DNA from: Botryllus schlosseri
Taxonomy: Eukaryota
Assembly (NCBI GenBank): GCA_051294905.1
Contig: CM119372.1
Location: forward strand, 18,786,001-18,850,000
DNA length: 64,000 nt
Reading direction: 5' to 3'
Part shown: positions 26,801 through 38,800 of the stretch, one piece after another
Layout: every line of letters begins with the position of its first letter
Numbering within the stretch: position 1 is the stretch's first letter
Made by a program: the position numbers and the translations under genes
The notes under the pieces: model-generated
What the model saw: only the letters and a program-made list of their open reading frames with translations
Databases searched by the model: none
Told to the model about the DNA's origin: nothing

Positions 26801-29800
26801 TGTTTATTTCAACGTGAACATATTATTCAATTGTATACTGCCGTTCTGTACCTCCAATTTCATCAGTGACTCGATGAAATTTTGAAAAACCTACCATGCC
26901 TACCATTCAGTGTACTTAATGCTCTGTTTCATTTCAGGATACGGTGTCGAATATGAAAACCGAGGCCCCTGTCATAACGCCGTTGGAGCAACGACTGATG
27001 CAGGTAAAATACATAACTTTGATCGACGGCAATGCTATAGTTCTTTGTCACGTTGTACTGTACCTTGCTGTTGCTTATCGCAGATGTCCAGGGATATGCA
27101 GTCGACTGTGAGAGCAAGTACGTCCGTCGGGAACGTTCAGCTTCAAACGAATCCTGGTTAGTATGTCGTTGGGTGCTTGAGACTTTGCTTTCTCATCCGG
27201 CCAGACAACGCTGCCATTTTGTACTGCTATGATTCATGTGTGAAACACTCTTGTCTTTGTTATGACTATAACTGCTAATTAGTTACAGTAACTCGGAATA
27301 CATGTACAGTCGAATCCGCTTAATTCGAATATCAGATAACCCAAACAACTGCTTTATTTCGCCAAAATGCTAGGAAACGGAAAAAAAGTAAAAATTGCAC
27401 GTAAAAAAACTCCCATTAAGTTGTATCTGAATTAAGCGTAGTCTACTGTACCATGAAACAAGGCAAGTAACAAACTAGCGCTTCCAGTTCGAAAGGTACG
27501 TATTTTCAGTATTTCAGAATCACGAGTCTTTTTTCCTAATCTAGGCACCCCGACGATGCCGCCGGCCGCCGCCCACACGACGCCGCATTCCGGTAAGCGG
27601 TGTCATTAATCCGGAACGCGCGCCGGCCCGCGTATCATCGACCGCGCCTTTTTACAGGGAGATCGACCCCGCGCAATCAGAGCCCGCGACTTTCTATGGC
27701 TAATTTCGACGGTCTTTCAGAAGCGGAGATAGCGATCATTATGGCGCACGACCCAGACCTGTCGGACAGGACGGTGTCGTCCACGCCCGTCAGCACGCTG
27801 TCCACCCCGCCGCATCAGACGGCCGGCCTGGACCAGGACGAGAAGGGCGTAGATGGCAAGACAAAGAAAAAGAAAGGCTATGGCATGGATTCCAAGGTCT
27901 GTCACGGTGGTTCTGAAACGTTAGTTTTTGCTTGGACCCCGAACTCTATTTTCTGGGGGTCTGGACCAAGAGGTTACTATTGAAATCAGCGCTTCGTGCA
28001 CCCAAATTCCTATTCCTAACCTGCTACCCTAACCCTAACTTCTAACCCGAATACTAAATATATACATACCAAGTTCCGAGTGCCATATATTGCAATTTAC
28101 GCTCATATTCAGTGAAACATTTATTAATTAATTATTGACACAATATTGAGACATCGCTTTCGTCACTAGATGTCTAATGCCAAATTCGTCAAGTGTTCAC
28201 CTAGTTTTTGTAGTTTGCACAGTAGTGATAATAGTTTTTATGCATCTGCTGCCAAACTGGCCAAGGGCCGAATTCACTGGTCTGAGAGAAACGTTGACAA
28301 AAACTTTTTCGACATAGAAAACACTGTGGCTGTTGTATCCCATCGTCGTGAGTTATTAATCTTTAAAAGGAAAAGAAAATATTCCACGCTGTTTGACAGT
28401 TTTCGATATAGGATCATAAGATGAATAGATTATTGCAAATTATCACTTTCAACCAATGTTCTTGGCGCATGATATGGAGATTTCACAATAGTATTCTACT
28501 GTATTATTTTATTTGTTGTTGCGTGGAGCGAAATGAAATCACCTCAACTCAACTAACCTTACCGGTTTGAAGATATTCGCCTAATTGACATAGTGTAGCT
28601 ACGAGTGCAAAATTTATACGCATACGTAACAAATAACGTTAGGATGCGATATATGTGGAAATGCTAAACAAATCGTCAGTGATAATATCTATTTTAGGTG
28701 GTTTTATGCTATTATCGGTAACATGAAAATATTTTTTTGACCTTGAAATAGAAACAATAAGATTTTTCTTGGCCTTCGTGGACTCAAGTTTGAGAAGTCC
28801 CTGGTCTGGACGATTGTTGGCAGCAGTGTTTTTTTAGCCCGCTTCTGCATTTCAGACGATGCACACCATCGAGGACTCGATCGAGAAGGTGGTCCGACTC
28901 AGCTCTGAATACGACGACCGATTGCAAGCCGCCAAACTGGACGGGACGCACGTGACCCAGTCGCCTTGGGAATTGAATCCGAAGCCGACGAAATTCCCGA
29001 CTAGAAAGATGCCAGAGGTATGCGAGCCAGGATTGGGGTTTCGTGCCCTGCGACCGGTTTGAGCCGGTCGTGTTTACGTTATTGTTTAGGTTTCTCCTAA
29101 TGAGTTATGTCAGAAATGTCAAAATGAAAATGGTCGACTGACTTCCAATGTCATTGTACTATGATACGATTAAAGCACACAACTGTACAGCATTTGTTTG
29201 TAATACAGCATCTTTTATCGAAATTCCATGATTTGTTTCGTCCTATCATTTATAACTATAGCCCGACCAGTTATTTTCATCTCCATCAGCTGTTAGAGGT
29301 AAAAAAATATTGGCAATTTTCATGACGTCGCAGAATGCTAGTATAGAGTCATAACTTTAATCTGCGAATACTAGACTGGGAATACTGATATATTTCTTAT
29401 AGCTTACATGTGTCCAGATGCAGCCTTTCTTGTATTTTATGTCCAGAGATGTTCCAATAAACGCTGTGATGTAATGCGCCTTGAGCTGGATGCCATATCT
29501 GAAGAATTTTCACGCTATTATGATTGTTAATGACACAAGTCACTCGCCGCCAAGTGCTTGGTCCATGCTTGGCTAGCGTGAGAAAGGGAGGGCTTTGGAT
29601 TTTTCCAAATTCCTACGCAGTGGCAGAGTTACTGCTTCCTGATGAAATTACACGCGAAATTTGTGTCGCGCTGTGCCAATTATTCCTAGGCTCCACCGAT
29701 TCATGAGTGATACTGGCTACCAATAAGGGGTCTTTGTGAACCCCAAACTAACACTGCATCTTAGTAAATAGTTAAATAATTTACTAGCAAGATATTATAA

Positions 29801-32800
29801 GATAGGACATTAGGCTCGGCATCGGTAAGATGGGATTTGTTCGATTACAGAAGACTTTAAAATTCAACTTCGCCTTTTTTAGCCGCAGCAGATGGTCATG
29901 ACTCAGGACGGCGTGCGGTGCATACTCAACCATCCACAGTACGCCAGCACCGGCATGATGACCCCGGAAATGATGGCACACACGCAAAAGAGCATCGCCA
30001 TGGGAATGATGCCATACACAATGACGGTAGGTCGATGTGATGTGACATGGCTTGACCGCGGCCACGCCATTTGAAAATATCATTTTCTCGCCGTGTCTCC
30101 AGCTTCCTGACATGGACACGGACCTGGGGCAGAAGAAGAAAAAAGCCAGGCGCCCATCGAAAGAAGTCGGGCCGGACGGGAAACCGGTGAAACGGAAGAA
30201 GAAGAAGGACAAAAACGTGATGCAGGCACCGTTTCAAATAGGTACGGTTGCTGCGCTTGTGAATATATTAGTATGTATTTTGTATTAGTACTGGTATCTA
30301 GTATTAATATCTACTATGAAGCATGGCTGGACTGTGGAGTTTGTTCTCTTTTCCACCAACTCAGACACAGACACGAGTTTATGAGACTCATTTATGGTTG
30401 TTGGTAGACCTGAGCCTCGGCAGCAAGTTGAACGCTTGTAGCGAGTTTATCATTAGAAATCCGTTTCCACTAATAAATCTTGATAAGGCAAGTCGGAATT
30501 TCATCGTAACCAGAAGGTTACCCGCAAGCATTGGGAAATTAGGGTTGCCCGACAAATGAGCATGCGACACAATGTCAAACGACAGTTCAGCATGGAACAC
30601 ATCAGCATGCGTCACTTCAGCATGTGACTGTATAACCCAAAAGCTTACCCTAACCCGAAACATAGCCCTGAAATTAACTGTTATATATATCCTAACCTAA
30701 AGCCTAACCTTAACCCAACCATAAATCCAACCCTAACCTACCTATTTAACCCACATACTCATGTGTCGCATGCCAAATTGTCGCATGCCGAATTGTTGAA
30801 TGCTTATATGTCCACAGACCAGGAATTAGATATGATAGGCTCCGAAAACTTTGTGCTCACAATATGAATTGAGTTGGTGACTGTCCATTAGAGCTGTTCA
30901 AAATGTTTTGTTTTTTTTCTAATTGAAGTAGAAAATTTTTGATTATAAAAATATGGTATTCACAATAGGATATCTATTATTTAATTATTGGGTTGCAATT
31001 GAACCTAGTTGGTCTTATTTTGGTTAGTTAGTGGCGGTTTTATCAAGGCAGCTAGTTGTAGTTCTAGTAGAATATGTCTACAAGTCTGTTTGGATTAGAA
31101 TGCTGACAGCATTGTTTGAGTACTGATCTTGCCTTACGCCTACAGAAAGTGATAGCTTTGAGAAGGGTTGGACTGTACCTTGTTCTGTATCTATCGCAGG
31201 TGGAAAGCCTGGAGTGATGACCCCGGCCGTGCCATTCCCGGGTGGCATCGTCACGAGCGTTCCGCCGGGGCATATCAGCCCCGGACAACCTGTTGTGGGC
31301 GGCGTCAATAAAGCAGTCGCGCAGTGGAAGCCCACCCAGGTAAGATATATCTCGGTCGCGGCGCTGAAAGAAACTAATCTTGTATCGTTACAGTTAACTT
31401 TGCTGAGGCTGAGCGAGCCGCCTATCAGGAGGTCGCATCACATTTGTGTTCCGGAGGGAACAGGGGTCACGAACTGCAAAAATCTGCAGATGGGTCTACT
31501 GGCCGAGAGCACGTACTCGAATATCCCCGATTTTTACGAGCTTATACTGGATTTGAAAAAGGTAGGTTCTGATTTTTCAAAAGTTTTTTTTCAAAAAAAG
31601 CATCGACCCGTTTCCCGGCCCCCAGGAGCAATCCCACAAACGTGAGAATTACGGGATGTTTCAAACTGAAATTAGGTCGCTCGCTCTCAGCCAATTTCCA
31701 CGGATTTGCTGCGATTAATCGCTTGTGCTACTCGGGCAGATGCAGCGTTGTAAAATTGCATGCAGTGATTCACGAGGCTTGTCAAGACGATTAGTCGAAA
31801 ATGCTGACTTTGATAGTCATTTTTCAAACGGTTAGCTGATGAAAGTAGTGTATTGCGACTAAGGTTGGGCACAAAAGTACTCGAATCCGAATCGAGAGAT
31901 GCCAGTAAGAGATAGAATATCAACGAGAACTGTGGTTTGGACGCATTCTTCCCTCAACGGAAGACGTGAAATCTAAGTCGGTGATAAGTAACGGAGCCGC
32001 CAAAATAGGTATCACAAAGCGACTCATGACATATCCATGAAGTAGTGATTAATCTGCAACACTATCACGGAGTGCAATGGAAGAGGTACTGTTGAGGAAA
32101 TATCTGATTAACTGGGACCCCTTTCTTTGTGGACGCAGTAAGGGTGCAAATATTGACTTTCCAAATCATCCATACTGTTATGACATCGAATTCGAATCGC
32201 TCAGATATTCAAATTCACCAAGTCCTAATTGCGAGAGATTTAAGACTCGCGCAATGTGCAAGCATGCCAACTATTGCAGAAGGGTGTCATCTTGAAATGA
32301 GATAGTTTGAACTGTGAATTCTTCCTCTGAAAACTATGTTCTATTCGGCTCCAAGCAGAGACAGCCGGGCGATCGTTACTGACATAGAACTGTCTCTAAT
32401 TTCAGAGATTGCAACCGCCGCAGCCGTCGTCGTCTGTTAAAGTATTCGATGTTGCCGGCGGCAGCCTCGCCACAATTAGGACAACGGCAGAAACGGCGCC
32501 CGTGCCACCCTCTCCGTCCACCAGTCGTCCGGACCAGACCAAAAGATATGGGCCTTTGGGGTTGAGTCCTGACGGCAACGTTGCGCAGGCTACGAGCGTA
32601 CACTCCGGGGTTCAGTCCCAGGTGAAGGTGCCCGAGTCGATGCCGACGCCGCCACATCAAGGCATCGATGACCGGGACGACCTGGTCAAGCCTCGGAGGT
32701 GAGAGAGTTTGTGTCGGATGACGGCGGGACAGTTTAAGTTATGATATCCGCCGCATTGATATTTTGTCCCAAGAGACTTGCATTAGCTTATCCATTCAGT

Positions 32801-35800
32801 AATCCAAAGATATGCGACGACGTGATTAAGGGAAGTTTCCCAGAAGTTTTGACGATGTAAAAAATTAGATATAATTAAAAATCACTGGGAGTGTAGGGCT
32901 TTTTCTGGGAATGATATGAAGAATAACCAATTCATGGTATGTTCTGGTGTAATTGTAGTATGGTTTTCGAATCCCGAGATTATCGATACATGATGTCTCA
33001 AAGTATCATATCGAAAGCCGGTTTTGTGTTGAAAGCATCATATACATATATGTGCATGTTGTTTGTTGTGATATTCAAATATTTTAGTTAGTTAGTAACT
33101 GCTATTGTTGCGTAAATAGTAGCGTCAACACATCACAAGCTTTTGCACGTTTCAAGTATAGAATTTCAGATTTACCCCCGTAATTCAGGGTCGCGGATGA
33201 CACCGCTATATCGCCGTCCTCTCCGGAAATGGACAACGAAGACGACTGGGACCATCGCGCCTTGGCCACGCTGAGAGCGGACAACTTTTCGTTGATGATG
33301 GACGCGGCCGAGATCAAGTCGGAGAAAGTTCGCGATTGCCCGTCGCCCACCATTCCGCTCATGCAACATCCAAAAATAAGTGAGGGGCTGCGTGATAGAA
33401 TATGATGCCGGTATCGATAGTGTCGATAGACCTGTTTCCGTAAGGTTAAGAGTCGGTAATTTGTAACTTGTGAAATCACAGTGTTTCAATAATGACAGTT
33501 TACCAAGAATAAACAATGACGCTGATTCTATTCACAGGCGTTCCTTACGTCAGAAGATATCTGGACGATAAAGACTCTGTTTCCGTGACGGTGGAATTCG
33601 ACAACGCCAATCTCAAGGTGCCGGTCTTGATCGCTTCCGTTCGCTTTGTTTGCTTTTGCTATCGTTTTTTTACTTATCCCCGTTCAGAGCATCGAAAAGA
33701 GTCTGACTCTGCTGTCGAGAATCTTGGAGGCGCCGATATTCAGCTTCAACGTCGTGGAAGTCTTGAAGCCGGGAAAGGAACTCAAGGTTGGTGTCATCGT
33801 ACATAAATTGTTACACAAATCTGAAAAGGTGGCGAGTATTTCACATTGCTTTACTGTAATACAAATGCATCATGTTGATATCGCTATATACTAGTAAAGT
33901 ATGATCACACCGGTTAGTTATATGGTAGTGTCATTTGACTAACAGGTCTTGGTAATTAGCTAATGTTTCGCTGTTGTCCTTGCAATATAACAGCAGTAGT
34001 TATATTTGTGTACCGCGGAGACACGTGATGGATTATACCGTTAAAAGAAAGATATTAGTATATTATTATGGTTGTATGCAATTCCTTGCTTTTACAATAG
34101 GAGTCTCTCAATCGATCGGTAAAGGAAGAGCAAACGGCTATTGCTGCGCCGCCGACAAGCCAGTCCAGTCAGGTGGGCGAAATGACAAATATTCTTGAAA
34201 GCCTTGGTTCTTCGCGTTGTGGTCATTCTATAGACCGTTTCTTCTGATATCGAGTCGAAAGCACTGCCTGCCAAAGCGGCCCAACATTATTTGTATTGTA
34301 AAATGTGTAGTTTGACGAAGAAGCTTTCCCATTCGACGCCGTATGAAAATTTGTTTGACTTGTCGTTGTAGTTGACGAGCGCACAACAGGACGGCGGACC
34401 GGGTCAAGTGATGCAAGAGCAAAAGCGCTGCTGTCTCTTCTGTAAGACGTTGGTGAAAAAGAACGGCGTGCGAATGCCTAAGTTTGACGTGAGTGTGTGA
34501 GCGATTGGTCGGGCGAATTCGGAATTCAGCTTCCTTTTGTTCTTTTGCAGGGGTCGGCGTACGAGGAGGACGAGATATTCTGCAACAAGGACTGCTTCAT
34601 CAAATACGAATTTCAAGAGAAGAAGGTTTGCGAAATTGCAGGGCGCATTTTAGCAGCTAACGCGCAACAACAAATGACACCACGAATAGGCGTGTTTTCA
34701 AAAATATATTCTAGTACCGTGACACAAGGGTCACTTCGGGCGGTTGTTATGACAATTTCAATCATGAAACATCTCTCAATACTACTTACTGTCTGAATTA
34801 CCTTACAAAATCAAAAGTGTGAAAGGAAGTGTTTTGTTAGTCTGAAAACATGACCACTTGGAGTGGTAGTGCGAGTAGGCAAAATCTACTTGTGTACACC
34901 AAAAAAGCAGTACCTCATTTTGGTCGTGGTACGTTCCACAGCTGCAACACCAATGTGTCCGACTCCGGAATTACTACCTATGTATTGGGGTTATATCTAT
35001 GCTATGTCTCGCCATGTAATCTCCTTGAGCGGTGTCTGATGAAGCCTAGGAATAGCCCGTGTTACCAGTCGATAAATACGGAATCATAATGGAGAATATC
35101 GGCCTGGTGTAAAATGGCCATGTAATTGAAAACACCATGAATATCAAAACAGCAACAATGACCACCTTTGGTTTTAACCGAACTGCGGGCAATTCCACAT
35201 CGTAATTGTGGTGTACGTCATCGTTTCCAGGTTACCTCGACGACGACAAAAAAGAAGTTTAAGGCGTCGCACATCTACCAACGCCACACGCAAAAGATCA
35301 GCATGCAGTCGCTGCTGGACCAGTGTCCGGACGAGGACGGCCTGCCGTCGAAAAACACGAGGTCCAGCGTCGAAAGCATTTACTTCCCGTCCGGCGTGCT
35401 CGACGTGACAAAAGCCATGCCGCCTGCAGGAAGGGGCCGGGGCAGGAGGAGAGGTTGGTGTTGCGTTGCGTAGCATCACAGTCTGTAATTTCCGATGTAG
35501 TAGCATTCATTTGTCATGTTAGAGAGACAATTTAAACTTCAACTCATGAAGGCGATGCTGACTAATTACAAAACTAGTTTCCGCTCTTCAAAATCGAAAG
35601 TGTGGGCTTGACCACCTTTCAATTTACCAGTGTTAAGATTACTGCTGGTGCAGCTTATTTGATGTGAGATTTTCCCAGTTTGAATTATGATAATTTGATG
35701 ATTGCAAATTGCACACGACTCCAAACACCCGCAAAAGTAATTCAAATCTAGTTGAATTGGAAAATTTCGAATGTAATAATTATGGAGTCAAAAATCTAGA

Positions 35801-38800
35801 AAGTAATTGCAATCAATTGAAAATTTCGTTATGTTATATCATTGTGGTTATTTTGTTATCGACATTAAAATCATGTAAATACTAAATAGTCCAACTCTGA
35901 TTGATATCACGAATGCCAATGACAATGCGATTGACGTTTTGCTTCGTTTTCAAAGTAGACGACACCAAAGTCATTTCCAAGCGCTGGAAAGGCATCAAGT
36001 GGAAGAAATGGTCTCCCAACGTCGCCATCGTAAAGCCTTCGGCGAAACCGGCGGTGGACATGGAACCGTTATTCCAGAAATACGGATCTGCATTGAAGGT
36101 GCGTGTTGCTGTCCGACATTGCCCTCGATATGCGGATCAATGCCGTTTTGATTTCAGCCGCCCGCCACAGCTGTCGACAGACGCACCTGCGTGTTTTGCG
36201 GTGTGCGTGGAGATGGCAACACCGATTCTGTAGCCAGGCTACTCAACGTCGACGTAGACCGTTGGGTTCATCTCAACTGCGCTTTGTGGTCTGCGGAAGT
36301 GTACGAGACGCAGGTATGTGCGCTGTACAAAAATGGTCATAGTAGTCATCGTTAGTAGAGCAGTTGTGGAAGTAACATCCTAAAATTAAAAACTGAAAAC
36401 TGAATTATAAGTAGACATACTCTAAAATCATAACTACTTGGGGACGGAGTGCAAGCAGGTAAATCACTCTTGAATACTTCGAAAAACTAGAATTATATTA
36501 CTGACCACCTCAGGCAGCGTGCAGTGCCTTCGTTTGACGACGCTTTTGCTTGACATTAAGGGCGGCGCGCTTATCAACGTCGACTTGGCTTGGAGGAGGA
36601 GCGAGTCTGTTTTGTGTTGTCTGTGTCAGAAGAAAGGGGCGACGATACACTGTCACAGGCCGCGATGCGTGAACACGTACCATTGTCAATGTGCAATCGA
36701 TGTCAAGTGCGTTTTCTTCAAGGTAAGGCGGTCCGCGGTGTTGGTTTTATGGTTTAGTGGCTTTTGAGTATCTTAGCGATCGAGACTAGAGCCAGACCTT
36801 TATGTGGGGCTGATATTGTCTCTGAGAATTATTGGTATCGGTCTGTCTGACTGCAACTGTCGCTATCCAGAGGGTCTTCAGCAGGGAAAGGGTACTCGAA
36901 TACAACTCGAGCATCAATAGTATATGTATGACCAATATATACTTAAGGGTTATTCCGGATCCTGGGGATTCACTGATTAGATTGTTAGGTTACCTGAAAA
37001 ACGCTTGTCATCAAATTTGGCTCAATTCCAACCAGTACACGCCGACGCAGAGTCAATTTTTGAATTTATACGAAACAATAAAAAATAAAAATCTTCAAAT
37101 TTTACTGTCAACCCGATAAAATTGTTTAGCTGTCTACAGAAATGATGCAAAACAAATTTCACGCAATTCCAAACTTTAGCGGCGAAGTTCTTTGATTTTT
37201 TCATTCATAATTCTGGGATTTTCTACCGTCTTTGTTATTTTCGCAAACGCAAAACCGTCAGATGCAATAACTTCGCTTCAACGGGTTTTGCATCATAATT
37301 GCGTCAAATTGGTTTCACATCATTTTTGTAGACATCTAAATAATTTCATGGGGTTGACGGTAAATTTTGAAAATCTTTTTGGTATTTTTATAGTAAATTC
37401 GAAAATTTTAATTGGCTCTGCGTCGGCGTATACTGGTTGGGATTGAGCCAAATTCGGTATGCAATCAGGAGTTATTATATCTTTAAAAAAATATTCCTAC
37501 GTGGCCACATGTTGACGTCATTGAAACAGAAATTCTGTTGCAGCAAGTTTCCGTCGAATTTTCTTGAATTTAAGCGCGCGCCAATCGGTTATTACGCGTT
37601 CCACCATTCTCGCTGCATTATCTAGGACAAGACCGTGCTCTGCCCCACGCACGCACCTAAACCCGGGGTCGGTCTCGCGTCGGCGGGACCCGGCGTACAC
37701 CAGTCTGGAGACACCTTGAGATCTCTGGCCGTATTCCGGAAAGTTTACGTGCAACGGCCCGAAACAAAGCAGATCGCCAGCATTATGCAGCAGGGGGAGC
37801 TGACCCAAGGTCGGTGTCATATTTCAATTGTGCAGTTTATTTCTACGACTCTTGTTAAAACGAGCCTGCTGTACCATGGAACAACACGACACGTTCAAAT
37901 TTTACAGCACTTGGGAGGGAAGTTCATAAAATTTGCTTATCTGAGAGAAGGCTAGTCGCCAGATGAATCGCAGCACATGTCTGATTCATTTGCGGCTTTA
38001 TGTTTCCAGGCGAGAAAAATTACGTACTTCGAGTCGGCGCGTTGATATTCGAAAACGTCGGCCAGCTGGCCACCCAGCAAATGGCCAATTGCCACTCGAG
38101 CACCGCCATCTATCCACTCGGATATCGAGCGACCAGAATGTTCTGGAGCCGAACGGTAATAATTTTGATGACGTGCTACATGCCAACCTTGGTTTGATAT
38201 CAAACGGTGCGGTTCGGATGAATTTAAACACTTTATTCGCAGAATATGCGGAGGCGATGTCGGTACCAATGCTCGATCACTGAAGTCAATGGAAAGCCGT
38301 CGTTCAAAATGATGTTCAAGGCCGCCTTGCCGGGGAAGAACAAGCCCGACAAGATTGTGACGCACGCGGACACTGACACCAAGATGGAAATTGACAATGT
38401 GAACGGTATGGTGCAATGTTGAAACTCGATGTGACTCGTTTTATAATGTTATACTCGATTGGAGATCAGGTCGAATTAATTTTTTCCCATTGCTATACTG
38501 TCAAAGGAATTTGAAGGCTCGAGCAAACCAGGTATTTGCCTGTGTACAGACAAAGCGGTCTTTTGATCGGTATTGATCTATGCTATACTAAGCTCTTATC
38601 TTTGCACTCATATTTAGCGTTGGCATTCAATTTCTCGATTTTACAGTCTCTGAGCAATCCCTATTGCCATAGTTCGAAGGAAAATTTCGTGGAAATATCA
38701 CTAGGCAATAACAGTCGTGTGGTATTGTGGGTCTGTCTGCGGGAACTACGCAAAATGGTATTGCCGGATATGGTGACCGACGGTACACAATTTTGGACAG

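Noticed and set aside
30650-30745. Telomeric (TTAGGG)n array (also about 21500 and 28015)
   Set aside because: Short, highly degenerate and embedded in a dispersed non-autonomous element.
31384-32378. Possible transposon bounded by repeated atcgttac
   Set aside because: The 8-bp repeat is present but no convincing TIR could be seen; the intron interior is probably TE-derived but its boundaries are unsupported.
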